From Bacteroidota bacterium (lineage in GTDB: Bacteria; Bacteroidota; Bacteroidia; Bacteroidales; JACABE01), in the NCBI GenBank assembly GCA_026391675.1, contig JAPLDQ010000009.1, positions 4,436 to 68,435 of the forward strand: 64,000 bases of DNA, given 5' to 3'. Numbering within the stretch: position 1 is the first letter of the stretch; the number at the start of each line of letters is the position of its first letter. Shown in pieces: positions 9,954-19,752 of this stretch. The notes below the pieces were generated by a model that saw only the letters and a list, made by a program, of their open reading frames with translations, did not search any database and was not told where the DNA came from. Made by a program: the position numbers and the translations under genes.

Positions 9954-10538
9954 TTATCGTTTTATTATATGTAAAAAATTTATCTTCGCCCTGTAAATCA
10001 AAGATTCAACGGCAGTTACAGTTGTATTCATAATTTCAGCTATTTCAGCGTTGTTGTAATCTTCCATTTTGCTTAATGTGATGGCAATACGTTGATTCTC
10101 AGGTAACTTATTCAATGCGTTCAGCAATATTCGATAAGATTCATTCTCTTCCAACACTTTATCTGGTCTTTCGTGACTGCTGATCCAATGGGTAATTTGT
10201 TCCAATCCAATACTTTTTGCAATAGCAGTTATTCTTTTTTTCCTATTCTGTTTCTTGATTTCATCCAGCGATTTTGTTGCAGCAATGCGGTAAATCCATG
10301 TGCTTAATTTGGCTTCGCCACGGAAATGTTTAATGGATTGAAAAATCTCAATAAATACCTCCTGTGCAACATCCTCTGCATCTTCCAAATTAAGCAGAAA
10401 TCGATAGCAAATATTAATTACATTTTTCTGGTAAGCAGCAATCAAATTATGAAAAGCAGCTTTATTGCCTTGTTTTAACAAGGTGAGTAAAGCTGCTTCG
10501 TCCAATGTATTTTTATTTAATTGGTTTTTGCTATCCAA
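9954..10538 (-). CDS. ECF-type RNA polymerase sigma-70 family factor
   Basis: Region 2 (AAFHNLIAAYQKNVINICYRFL, DAEDVAQEVFIEIF) and region 4 HTH (LPENQRIAITLSKMEDYNNAEIAEIMNTTVTAVESLIYRAK). The track start at 10538 is TTG (plus strand reads caa). There is no in-frame ATG before region 2, so the exact start is uncertain. Confidence 0.85.
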   Translation of the reverse strand: MDSKNQLNKNTLDEAALLTLLKQGNKAAFHNLIAAYQKNVINICYRFLLNLEDAEDVAQEVFIEIFQSIKHFRGEAKLSTWIYRIAATKSLDEIKKQNRKKRITAIAKSIGLEQITHWISSHERPDKVLEENESYRILLNALNKLPENQRIAITLSKMEDYNNAEIAEIMNTTVTAVESLIYRAKINFLHIIKR

Positions 10539-10701
10539 AATTGCAGTCCGGTTTACATAATTATTATAAAAACTAGATATATTATATAATATTTAGATGA
10601 AAAAATGGTGAAAAGGTTTAATTGTAAAATTATATATCTCTGATTTCTTGCTTGCTTTTTTTTGACTAGCAATTTCATTTTCCAATATCATTTCTTTATC
10701 G

Positions 10702-10709
10702 TAATTTTG
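10702..10709 (+). promoter_or_regulatory. Bacteroidota -7 promoter box TAATTTTG upstream of the helicase gene
   Basis: Exact match to TAnnTTTG, 22 nt before the ATG at 10731 and downstream of the track's TTG start at 10662. Confidence 0.5.
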
Positions 10710-10730
10710 AAAACTGAAAAGGAGAAATGC

Positions 10731-13046
10731 ATGTCGAAGAATTTTTTAGAAGAACTGAATGAAGCCCAGCGTATAGCGGTTGAAACGATAGATGGTCCTG
10801 TAATGATTATTGCCGGTGCCGGTTCTGGTAAAACCCGCGCACTTACTTACCGCATTGCTTATTTACTGAGTAAAGGCGTTGATCCGTTTAATATATTATC
10901 CCTTACCTTTACCAATAAGGCTGCCAAAGAGATGAAAGAGCGTGTGCATGAACTGGTTGGCAGTACCGATGCCCGCAATGTATGGATGGGTACCTTTCAC
11001 TCCGTTTTCGCAAGAATACTCCGTCAGGAAGCTGAAAAATTAGGCTATCCGTCAAACTTTAGTATCTACGATACCGATGATACCAAGAGTCTGATGAAAA
11101 ATATCATCAAGGAACAGAACCTGGATCCCAAGCAATATGTTCCCAATCATATATTACACCGTATATCTTCTGCCAAAAGCAGTCTGCTTTCAGCAAATGA
11201 CTATAACAGCAACCCTGAGTTGATTCAACAGGATAAAATGGCCAACAAGCCATTAATCGGACAATTATTTACACTTTATAACCTACGGTTGCGTAAGGCT
11301 TCGGCAATGGATTTTGACGATTTGCTTTTTAATACCAATGTATTGCTGCGTGATTTTCCGGAAGTGCTGTTTAAATATCAGCATAAATTCAGGTATATAT
11401 TGGTGGATGAGTATCAGGATACCAATTATGCCCAGTATCTGATAGTGAAAAAACTGGCTGCCAATAACGAAAATATCTGCGTGGTAGGGGATGATGCCCA
11501 GAGTATTTATGCATTCCGTGGCGCTAATATCCAGAATATCCTCAATTTTAAAAGCGATTATCCTGATTTAAAAACATTTAAACTGGAACAAAATTACCGT
11601 TCTACCAAAACCATTGTTAATGCGGCAAATAGTCTGATTGCTAAAAATAAAGACCAGATATTTAAGGAAATATGGACTGATAACGACGAAGGACAAAAGA
11701 TAAAACTTTTAAAAGCTGCATCCGACAATGAGGAAGGCACTTTGGTTGCCAATGCCATTTTTGAATCAAAGCAAAACAATCAGCTGCAAAATAATGCCTT
11801 TGCCATTTTATACCGCACCAATGCGCAGTCGCGTGCAATGGAAGAGGCATTAAGAAAGCTGAATATTCCTTATCGTATATATGGTGGTTTATCGTTTTAT
11901 AAACGCAAGGAAATAAAGGATTTACTGGCTTATTTCAGGTTGGTAATCAATCTGAATGACGAAGAAGCCATGCTTCGCATCATTAATTTTCCAACCAGGG
12001 GAATTGGTCAGACTACCATAGACCGTATCCGCATTGCTGCAGATACAAACAATATGTCGATATGGCAGATTATGGATGCACTGGATCATATTACTATCGA
12101 TGTAAACCAGGGAACCAAAGCTAAAATTGCTGATTTTGTTGCCAAGATCAAATCATATCATATTTTGTTAAAAACAAAAAATGCCTATGAGCTGGCAAAA
12201 AACATAGCCATTTCGTCGGGTATAATGAAGGCATTGAATGATGACGATACACCCGAAGGCGTTAGCCGTATCGAAAATATTGAGGAATTACTGAATGCCA
12301 TTAAGGATTTCTCAGAATCAACTGATGATTTGGTAAGTACCGATCCTGAATTAGCCGAAAATAATAATGAAATCCGCAGCCTTGAAGCCTTTATGCAGGA
12401 TATAGCCTTGCTTACCGATGCTGACAATGATGGTGAAGATGATAACAACAAGGTTTCGATGATGACCATTCATGCCGCCAAAGGGCTTGAGTTTCCTTAC
12501 GTGTTTGTAGTTGGATTGGAAGAAAATTTATTTCCATCCATCATGTCAATTTCATCAAGGGCAGATCTGGAAGAAGAGCGCCGTTTGTTTTATGTTGCCA
12601 TAACCCGTGCCGAAATTAAACTTACGCTATCCTATGCTGAAATGCGATACCGCTGGGGCGATTTAAGTTTCTGTGAACCCAGCCGCTTTATCGAGGAAAT
12701 TGATGTTAAATATCTTGATTTCCCTCAAAAGAATCCTACAATTGCAAAATTTAAAGGAGATAATAATTTCCTCAGTAATGAGCCTAAAATAGGTATTCCT
12801 TTTGATAAGAATAAATTTAAAAAAGTAAATTATCCGAATAATTCAGGTGAAAATTTCAATCCTTCTGCAATGGAAGAGATTGATGGCTTACAAATAGGTA
12901 TGGAGGTTGAGCATGATCGTTTTGGTATGGGCAGAATTATAAATTTGGAAGGCAGTGGTCCCAATAAAAAAGCGACTGTGAATTTTCAGAATATCGGTAA
13001 TAAGCAGTTATTGCTGAAGTTTGCCAAATTGAAGATTATCAATTAA
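10731..13046 (+). CDS. UvrD/PcrA/Rep-family SF1A ATP-dependent DNA helicase
   Basis: LNEAQRIAVE, Walker A AGAGSGKTRALT, VDEYQDTNYAQY, QNYRST, TIHAAKGLEFPYVFVVGLEE, C-terminal GMEVEHDRFGMGRI. Start placed at ATG 10731 (AAGGAGA 5 nt upstream), not TTG 10662. Confidence 0.95.
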   Translation: MSKNFLEELNEAQRIAVETIDGPVMIIAGAGSGKTRALTYRIAYLLSKGVDPFNILSLTFTNKAAKEMKERVHELVGSTDARNVWMGTFHSVFARILRQEAEKLGYPSNFSIYDTDDTKSLMKNIIKEQNLDPKQYVPNHILHRISSAKSSLLSANDYNSNPELIQQDKMANKPLIGQLFTLYNLRLRKASAMDFDDLLFNTNVLLRDFPEVLFKYQHKFRYILVDEYQDTNYAQYLIVKKLAANNENICVVGDDAQSIYAFRGANIQNILNFKSDYPDLKTFKLEQNYRSTKTIVNAANSLIAKNKDQIFKEIWTDNDEGQKIKLLKAASDNEEGTLVANAIFESKQNNQLQNNAFAILYRTNAQSRAMEEALRKLNIPYRIYGGLSFYKRKEIKDLLAYFRLVINLNDEEAMLRIINFPTRGIGQTTIDRIRIAADTNNMSIWQIMDALDHITIDVNQGTKAKIADFVAKIKSYHILLKTKNAYELAKNIAISSGIMKALNDDDTPEGVSRIENIEELLNAIKDFSESTDDLVSTDPELAENNNEIRSLEAFMQDIALLTDADNDGEDDNNKVSMMTIHAAKGLEFPYVFVVGLEENLFPSIMSISSRADLEEERRLFYVAITRAEIKLTLSYAEMRYRWGDLSFCEPSRFIEEIDVKYLDFPQKNPTIAKFKGDNNFLSNEPKIGIPFDKNKFKKVNYPNNSGENFNPSAMEEIDGLQIGMEVEHDRFGMGRIINLEGSGPNKKATVNFQNIGNKQLLLKFAKLKIIN

Positions 13047-13243
13047 TTTATTGTAAATAAACCCAAATCAATCGAATTTGTAGGTAGGTGTAATAGATAT
13101 TGTTTTTAACATATTATAATCACAGCTGTGTTGCTATTCTAAAATCATAAATCGTTAATCGTTGTTATAAAATCAAAAAATATTTGCAATTAACGATTAA
13201 TGAATGAAGGAGTCTGAAGATTTGCTTCGTAACAAGCAATTCA

Positions 13244-13549
13244 TCATTTATAATTTTTAATTCGTAATTGATTTTCCTTATCCTCACTAAATTTAATTTC
13301 CACTATATCTTTCTGCCTTATAATAGTCCCGATTATTGATCCGAAACTATCAAGCCCCAGATTCATAGCATCTTTTTTATCAACCAGATGCCATTTTAAT
13401 ATATGAAGTTCTTCCGTTTCATCTTCATCTTTAAAATATCCTATAAGTATGCCTTTTAAGATGGTATTATCTTGCAGTTTTATTACCACCTCTCTGGAAT
13501 TATTTAAGAAGAATTCGTTATAAATCTGATTTGATAAATCCTTATGCAT
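13244..13549 (-). CDS. Hypothetical 101-aa cytoplasmic protein, translationally coupled to kup
   Basis: Its ATG (13549) overlaps the kup stop (13542-13544) by 8 nt. No signal peptide or TM. Beta-rich string VVIKLQDNTILKGILIGYF. No family recognised. Confidence 0.6.
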   Translation of the reverse strand: MHKDLSNQIYNEFFLNNSREVVIKLQDNTILKGILIGYFKDEDETEELHILKWHLVDKKDAMNLGLDSFGSIIGTIIRQKDIVEIKFSEDKENQLRIKNYK

Positions 13550-15521
13550 TGTTTATAGGTTTTAAGAAATCCTTTTCTTTCCTGATTAATTGTATTCTTG
13601 AAGATGGTTGATAAACCAAGGGTATTTGCTCTATAACCACATCGCTCTTGTCTAGTCCAAATGCTCTTTCATCACTCTGACCCAAGCGGTTTAACAGGTA
13701 ATATGAATTCAATAAAATACCATCACGAATTGTAAATTCGTTTTCTACTGAAAGAAATTTTTTAATGATTACAAATTTGAAATCAGGTTCAGTATTATAT
13801 TTTGTGGAGCCATCAGGACGTATATGGAGGTTAAGTTCTTTATGGCAGACTAAATCCTGAACTATCTTTTTAAAATATAACTCTGTTTTAGGCTGTACTC
13901 GGAATCCTACATTAATATTTATTTTAATCAATTTGTTTTCAATCAGTTCAGAAACATCATAATATAAATCATATGGACTTTCGGTTCTATTTAAATGGAC
14001 AAACCAATATACATCAGCCCGTTTAGGTTTTTTTGCAAAAATAGATTTGATTATCTTTTCTTCAATTTCATGACGGTTATTGGCTTTTGTAAGGTAAATA
14101 AGATGTGTTGAAAATTTTGGAATCGAATCATCTATACTTAGTTCCTTAAACTGTTGAACAAATCTGCCAAGGTCAATGAATTTAATAAAGCGGTTATGAA
14201 TCTTTCTGGCATAATACCATACATACATGGTAGAAAAAATAAATAGTTCAAAAAACAAAAACATCCATCTTTCTTTGATTTTAGCAACATTGGCAATAAA
14301 AAATGAAAACTCAATGACAACAAATACCAGAAGTATAGCGTATATCAGGAATTTGTTCCATTTTAATTTAAATCGCATAAAATAGCTTAACAATATTGTA
14401 GTCATCATCATGGCTATGGTTATACTAAAACCATAAGCTGCTTCCATATGGGTGGAAGTTTTGAAATATAAAACCATCAGTATACAGCCAATCCAGAGTA
14501 TATTATTAACACTGGGAATATAGATCTGACCTTTTGTTTCTGTCGGTTGCCTGACAGCTATACGGGGCCAGAAGTTCAGGTTCATCGCTTCGCTGATGAG
14601 CGTGTAACTTCCGCTTATTAATGCCTGAGAAGCGATGATAGTGGCAGCTGTTGCAATAATTATCCCTGAGAATAAGAACCAATGCGGCATTAACTCAAAA
14701 AATGGATTTCTTCCGCTTAAGTATGCATCATTCTGATGCATCAACCAGGCTGCTTGTCCGATATAATTTGCTACTAAACTGCATTTAACAAAAATCCAGC
14801 TTACACGGATGTTTTTTCTACCACAATGCCCTAAATCAGAGTACAATGCCTCCGCTCCGGTTGTTGCCAGAAAGACGGCTCCCAGTAACCAAAAGCCTTT
14901 TGGATATTTTGAAATAAGCTGATAAGCATAATAGGGATTTAATGCTTTAATAACCGATGGAAAATGCAATATTTCTATGAATCCAAGTATAAAAAGCATT
15001 GAAAACCAAACCAGCATTACCGGTCCAAAAACACTGCCAATTTTATAGGTTCCAAAGCGTTGAAAGAAAAAGAGTAGTGAAAGAATAATGATAACACAAG
15101 GTACTGTCGAAAGGTTTTCTAAACCTCTTATCATGGTTAAGCCTTCAATGGCGGATGAAACAGAAATAGGAGGTGTTATTATACCATCAGCAAGTAAGGT
15201 TGTAGCACCAAGTATTGTAGGAATAACCAACCACTTTCCATATCTGCGGATTAAAGCATAAAGAGAGAAAATCCCACCTTCACCATGATTATCTGCTTTT
15301 AAAGTGAGAAAAATATATTTAAAAGAAGTTTGAAAAACAAGTGTCCAGAAAATACAGGATACACCACCAAAGACCAATATTTCATCTATTTTCCTATCAC
15401 CAACTACCGCTTTAAGTGCATATAGGGGACTTGTACCAATATCACCATATATAATGCCCAATGCTACCAATAGAGATGCAAATGATACTTTACTGATAAT
15501 ATTACCTTTCAACCTATCCAT
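13542..15521 (-). CDS. kup: KUP/HAK/KT-family potassium uptake transporter
   Basis: N-terminal GDIGTSPLYA signature, about 12 hydrophobic segments, about 200-aa cytosolic tail. 659 aa is typical. Confidence 0.92.
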   Translation of the reverse strand: MDRLKGNIISKVSFASLLVALGIIYGDIGTSPLYALKAVVGDRKIDEILVFGGVSCIFWTLVFQTSFKYIFLTLKADNHGEGGIFSLYALIRRYGKWLVIPTILGATTLLADGIITPPISVSSAIEGLTMIRGLENLSTVPCVIIILSLLFFFQRFGTYKIGSVFGPVMLVWFSMLFILGFIEILHFPSVIKALNPYYAYQLISKYPKGFWLLGAVFLATTGAEALYSDLGHCGRKNIRVSWIFVKCSLVANYIGQAAWLMHQNDAYLSGRNPFFELMPHWFLFSGIIIATAATIIASQALISGSYTLISEAMNLNFWPRIAVRQPTETKGQIYIPSVNNILWIGCILMVLYFKTSTHMEAAYGFSITIAMMMTTILLSYFMRFKLKWNKFLIYAILLVFVVIEFSFFIANVAKIKERWMFLFFELFIFSTMYVWYYARKIHNRFIKFIDLGRFVQQFKELSIDDSIPKFSTHLIYLTKANNRHEIEEKIIKSIFAKKPKRADVYWFVHLNRTESPYDLYYDVSELIENKLIKININVGFRVQPKTELYFKKIVQDLVCHKELNLHIRPDGSTKYNTEPDFKFVIIKKFLSVENEFTIRDGILLNSYYLLNRLGQSDERAFGLDKSDVVIEQIPLVYQPSSRIQLIRKEKDFLKPINNA

Positions 15522-15618
15522 GCTTCATAATTTGATAGCACAAAGGTCAATACTAAGACATTAATAAAGTATTAAAGAATGGATGTTAAGTATAAAGAAA
15601 ATATAAAGAAATTTGATG

Positions 15619-16299
15619 TTATGTAAAACGGTAGCCAACACCACTTTCAGTAATAATAAGCTGAGGTTGATTTGGATTCTCTTCAATTTTTTTGCGAAGC
15701 TGGGCTACAAATACTCTTAAATATTGCGATTCGGTTTGATAGCCTACACCCCATATTTCTTTTAAAATAAACTGATGGGTTAAAACCCTTCCTTCGTTTC
15801 TGACAAAAAGCGAAAGCAGATTAAATTCTGTAGAGGTGAGTTTAATAATTGTATTATTCTTCTTTACGGTACGTGCAACAAAATCAATATTTAAATCACC
15901 GCTGGTAAAACAACTGCTTTTATCTTCATCACTATTATTTCTACGGATACATGAACGTATTCGTGCCAACAATTCACCTGTTCTGAAGGGTTTGGTGAGA
16001 TAATCTGTAGCTCCGTTATCAAGAGCAGAAATAATATCAGTTTCGCTGCTCTGAACAGAAAGTATTATTATTGATTTATTATACCATGCCCTGAGTTCTT
16101 TAAGTATCTCATGTCCGCTTTTATCCGGTAAACCAATATCCAGTAATATTAATTCAGGAGGATGATTGGCAGCCATAATTACACCTTCTTTTCCTGTAGC
16201 TGCCTGCCATACTTTATAACCATTACTTTCAAGGTTTATTTCCAATAATTTACGAATCTGAGGTTCGTCATCAATGATTAATATTTCTGCTTTACTCAT
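15619..16299 (-). CDS. kdpE: OmpR-family response regulator, KdpE-like
   Basis: Receiver domain (ILIIDDEPQ, LLDIGLPD, TKPF) plus winged-helix output (LTSTEFNLL, YLRVFVAQLRKKIE, GVGYRF). Overlaps the upstream kinase gene by 8 nt. Confidence 0.8.
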   Translation of the reverse strand: MSKAEILIIDDEPQIRKLLEINLESNGYKVWQAATGKEGVIMAANHPPELILLDIGLPDKSGHEILKELRAWYNKSIIILSVQSSETDIISALDNGATDYLTKPFRTGELLARIRSCIRRNNSDEDKSSCFTSGDLNIDFVARTVKKNNTIIKLTSTEFNLLSLFVRNEGRVLTHQFILKEIWGVGYQTESQYLRVFVAQLRKKIEENPNQPQLIITESGVGYRFT

Positions 16300-17371
16300 T
16301 TTTAAGGTTATTTATAAATGATGTTTCCACAGCAAGTTCAATTGTAAATTTTGCTCCTCCGCATTCAATATTTTCCAGTTTAACTTTGCCATTATGCGCT
16401 TCCACAAAACCTTTGACAATAGATAATCCCAATCCGGTTCCTCCGGTTTTGGTTTGAGGTAAACGATAAAATTTATCAAAAATGTATTTTATTTCGGTTT
16501 CCGGAAATCCTTTACCATTATCAGCAATACAAATTACACAATTATCCTTATCATACATTGCATTTATTTTGATAATTGAGTTTTCTGCTGTATGTTGAAT
16601 TGCATTCTGTATGATATTATACAATACTTCTTCAATCAAAACAGCATCCAGTTTAAATAATGGTAAATTATCTGAAGGTAAAAATTCAATTTTGTGCTGA
16701 ATATCATAACTGCTTATTTTTTGTATAACATTAAATATGAGTTCATTAATATCATTCCAGTCCAGTTTTAATTTTATAACACCGGTTTCGATACGACTCA
16801 TATTTAATAAATTTTCTACTTGCCTGTTTAATCTTATACTGGCCTTGTCGATTTCATTTATTAACTCAATTTGATTTTCAGGACTTAATTTGTCTTTATT
16901 CTCTTTCAGCATATCTACTGCTCCAAAAATGGCTGATATTGGTGTCCTTAGCTCATGCGAAAGCGAATTTAACAATGTATTGTAAAGTTTTATTGTATTT
17001 TCTTTCTCTTCCTTATCCCTTGCTTTAGTTTCTGCTTTACGTATTTTAAAAGTTAAAACGGTATTTAATATTGCTATTAAAAAATACATTAAAAACATCA
17101 GTAAATCTTCCGCATTGTCAACATGAAGCGTAAAAAGGGGAGGAATAAAAAAGAAATTCCAGATTAAAGCACTTAATATAGCTGCAATAAGAACCGGAAA
17201 AATATCAAACATCATTGCAAGCAATGAAACTGTAATTAATAATATTAATGCTACAACCCTGTAACCGATAAAATGTACAGAATAAAAACAGGATAGAGAA
17301 ATTAAAACAACAGCTCCAATGCTTATAAAATATTGTAAGGGTTTATTTAAATTTCTTGTTTTTAATAACAT
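16292..17371 (-). CDS. Sensor histidine kinase, KdpD C-terminal type (DUF4118-like TM block + HisKA + HATPase), lacking the KdpD N-terminal sensor/Usp domains
   Basis: Four TM helices at the N-terminus, H-box SHELRTPISAI, N box NAIQHT, G boxes DNGKGF and GGTGLGLSIV. Only 359 aa. Confidence 0.8.
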   Translation of the reverse strand: MLLKTRNLNKPLQYFISIGAVVLISLSCFYSVHFIGYRVVALILLITVSLLAMMFDIFPVLIAAILSALIWNFFFIPPLFTLHVDNAEDLLMFLMYFLIAILNTVLTFKIRKAETKARDKEEKENTIKLYNTLLNSLSHELRTPISAIFGAVDMLKENKDKLSPENQIELINEIDKASIRLNRQVENLLNMSRIETGVIKLKLDWNDINELIFNVIQKISSYDIQHKIEFLPSDNLPLFKLDAVLIEEVLYNIIQNAIQHTAENSIIKINAMYDKDNCVICIADNGKGFPETEIKYIFDKFYRLPQTKTGGTGLGLSIVKGFVEAHNGKVKLENIECGGAKFTIELAVETSFINNLKNE

Positions 17372-17440
17372 TTTACATCATTTAAATTATGCATCAAAAT
17401 TAATACATTGTTTGTAAATATAATATAAATAAATAAAAAA

Positions 17441-17464
17441 GAGGTTATCACTCGTGATAACCTC
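17441..17464. terminator. Bidirectional rho-independent terminator hairpin
   Basis: GAGGTTATCA-CTCG-TGATAACCTC, a perfect 10-bp stem, flanked by an A-run (17434-17440) and a T-run (17465-17469). Lies directly after the stop of the OmpA-family gene. Confidence 0.8.
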
Positions 17465-17488
17465 TTTTTATTGATTAAACGTGGAAAA

Positions 17489-19735
17489 TCAGAATTCAAC
17501 AATAAACTCAACCCGGCGGTTTTGTTTCTGACCTTCTTTCGTTTTATTATCAGCAACCGGTAAAGTATCTCCAAATCCTTTAGCTTTCATGCGGTTTTCT
17601 TCAACACCTTTCTGCTGTAAATATTTTTTAACAGCATTAGCACGCTTTTCGGAGAGTTCTTTATTCTTTTCCGGATTGCCAACATTATCGGTATGTCCGT
17701 TTATAGTAAGAATATAGATTGGGTTATCTTTCATAACCTTAGCAACCTGATCAAGAATACCAAATGATGGTTTCAGAATTACTTCTTTACCTGAAGCAAA
17801 CTGTATACCCTGTAAAGCTTTTTTAAATAATTCCTTTACTTCAGCTTTTACTTCAACCGGGCAACCATGGTTTTCTTTTGGACCGGCTACTTCAGGGCAT
17901 TTATCATCAATGTCAGGCGTTCCGTCCTTATCTTTATCAGGACAACCCTGTAATGCAATCTCTCCCTTTTCATTCGGACATCTGTCTTCAGCATCCTGAA
18001 CGCTGTCACCATCAGTATCAGGGCAACCCTGGAATATAATTAAACCTTTAACGGTTGGACATTTATCCAGAAAATCAGGAACACCGTCACCGTCAGTATC
18101 AACAGGGCATCCATTAGTATCTACCTTTATACCTTTAGGTGTATTAGGGCACTTATCAAGATAATCGGCTATGCTGTCACCATCAGTATCAAGTGGACAA
18201 CCAAGAGAATCCACCTGAACACCCGGAGGTGTATCCGGACATTTATCATTCTTATTTATTACACCATCACTATCAGCATCTTTTCCCGCATCTTTTCTAA
18301 GCTGTTTCAGTCTTCTAACGCTTGGAGTTTCATCTTCAACTACAACAGCTTTTTTAGTAACATATCTGTTTCCTTGAGTATTTCTACCTAAAACGAAAAG
18401 ATTAATTCCGAATTGCATTCCGAAATTTTTCATGTCAGCTAAATAAAGAGATGAAAAATGATCACCAATCAGATAAAACTGAAACGGACCAATATTTAAG
18501 TTAAAGCCGGCACCGGGATTGAAAACATTTCCTGAAACAAACGTATTACTGACAGTAAATGCGAAAAATTTACCGATACTGCGGTTATAGGATACACTAA
18601 CCATAGTATTTACATCATTATTCACAAAATCATTACGCATCAGTAATCCAAATCTGTTATTGGGTGTAAGTGCAAAAGCAATGCTGGAATAAAGTTTGGT
18701 TTTTAATGGGGCTGAATAGGATGTTCCTTTACGATCAGTAATACCAAAGGTTTCTTTTAAAGAATCTTCAATATCTTTCATAACAGCACTATTAAAGCCT
18801 GAAGCAGGAAAAATTTCATTGATATCAAAACCATTGAAAAGGAAGGGTGTATTTGGCTTTTTGCTTACATAATCCTTAACATTTGATTTCCATGTAATTG
18901 ACCCTAAATCGACTACACTCAAGCCAAAGGTAAATTTATCATTTAAGCGGTATTCGCCGCCAAAATCAAAAGCAATACCTTTATTATCCATTAAATTGGA
19001 AGTTTTCAGGTTTTTTATCTGATCACCAATATTTGTCAAACTATCAAAAGGTGAAGAGGAATGGATTAAAAAATCAGATGAAGCTGTTAGTGCATAAGTA
19101 GTCGGATCTGTATATAAATATAGATTTGACCTTTCAGTATATACATTAACAATCCCAATTAAATACTTGAATCTGACGCCAAGGGTAAGTTTCTTGCTTA
19201 TTTCCCTTGAATAGCCAAATGCAAATTCCATATAGTCATTTAATGAAATTTTTGAATCACTTAAATTTGCTGTTTTTCCAATATATTCTTCGTTTCCTTT
19301 CAGCAATAATGTCATTAAAGCTTTTGTATAATTAAAATTCGTAGAAAATTTATTGGTTACACTAAAGCTAAAATAATTCCTTTTAATCTTAAAACCCATG
19401 GCAAACAACTGTTCCGTGAAGTCAGTAGATATTTTATTATTATCAGACATTGATGATAACAATTTATCTTTATCAATAATCAAAGAATCATCAGCTCTGC
19501 GTGTAAACATATTATTATAGGTAAAATTGCCAATTTCAAAACTGGCTCCAACTGCTGATAACCCGGGGAAACCCAAATAAAAATTACAGTTTGGTAAACT
19601 AGCCGGATTTAAATAATTAGACTGAGGTATACTATTCATAAAATAAATAGTATTTCCATCCTGTGCCGTAGCATTTTCCTGCATACTTAATAATGTAGCA
19701 AAGAAAGCAAAAAGTATATATATTCTTATTTTCAT
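17489..19735 (-). CDS. Outer-membrane fusion protein: N-terminal predicted beta-barrel + thrombospondin type-3 (Ca-binding) repeats + OmpA-like peptidoglycan-binding domain
   Basis: Signal peptide. About 450 aa of alternating beta-strand-like sequence with the N-terminal string SIPQSNYLNPA, reminiscent of PorP/SprF-type barrels. Repeats D.DGDG.PD..DKCP (x5-6). C-terminal OmpA strings (INGHTDNVG, NKELSEKRANAV, NRRVEF). AGGAGGA 7 nt upstream of the ATG. Confidence 0.8.
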   Translation of the reverse strand: MKIRIYILFAFFATLLSMQENATAQDGNTIYFMNSIPQSNYLNPASLPNCNFYLGFPGLSAVGASFEIGNFTYNNMFTRRADDSLIIDKDKLLSSMSDNNKISTDFTEQLFAMGFKIKRNYFSFSVTNKFSTNFNYTKALMTLLLKGNEEYIGKTANLSDSKISLNDYMEFAFGYSREISKKLTLGVRFKYLIGIVNVYTERSNLYLYTDPTTYALTASSDFLIHSSSPFDSLTNIGDQIKNLKTSNLMDNKGIAFDFGGEYRLNDKFTFGLSVVDLGSITWKSNVKDYVSKKPNTPFLFNGFDINEIFPASGFNSAVMKDIEDSLKETFGITDRKGTSYSAPLKTKLYSSIAFALTPNNRFGLLMRNDFVNNDVNTMVSVSYNRSIGKFFAFTVSNTFVSGNVFNPGAGFNLNIGPFQFYLIGDHFSSLYLADMKNFGMQFGINLFVLGRNTQGNRYVTKKAVVVEDETPSVRRLKQLRKDAGKDADSDGVINKNDKCPDTPPGVQVDSLGCPLDTDGDSIADYLDKCPNTPKGIKVDTNGCPVDTDGDGVPDFLDKCPTVKGLIIFQGCPDTDGDSVQDAEDRCPNEKGEIALQGCPDKDKDGTPDIDDKCPEVAGPKENHGCPVEVKAEVKELFKKALQGIQFASGKEVILKPSFGILDQVAKVMKDNPIYILTINGHTDNVGNPEKNKELSEKRANAVKKYLQQKGVEENRMKAKGFGDTLPVADNKTKEGQKQNRRVEFIVEF

Positions 19736-19752
19736 ACTTATATCCTCCTGAG

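Noticed and set aside
13150-13198. Perfect 10-bp inverted repeat AATCGTTAAT / ATTAACGATT between the convergent helicase and 101-aa genes
   Set aside because: The loop is 29 nt, the stem is entirely weak A/T-rich pairs and there is no adjacent T-run. It is not a convincing terminator, and there is no evidence for an operator.
17362-17574. 70-aa minus-strand ORF bridging the OmpA-gene 3' end and the kinase start
   Set aside because: It runs straight through the strong bidirectional terminator hairpin (17441-17464) and overlaps two real genes. It is an artefact.
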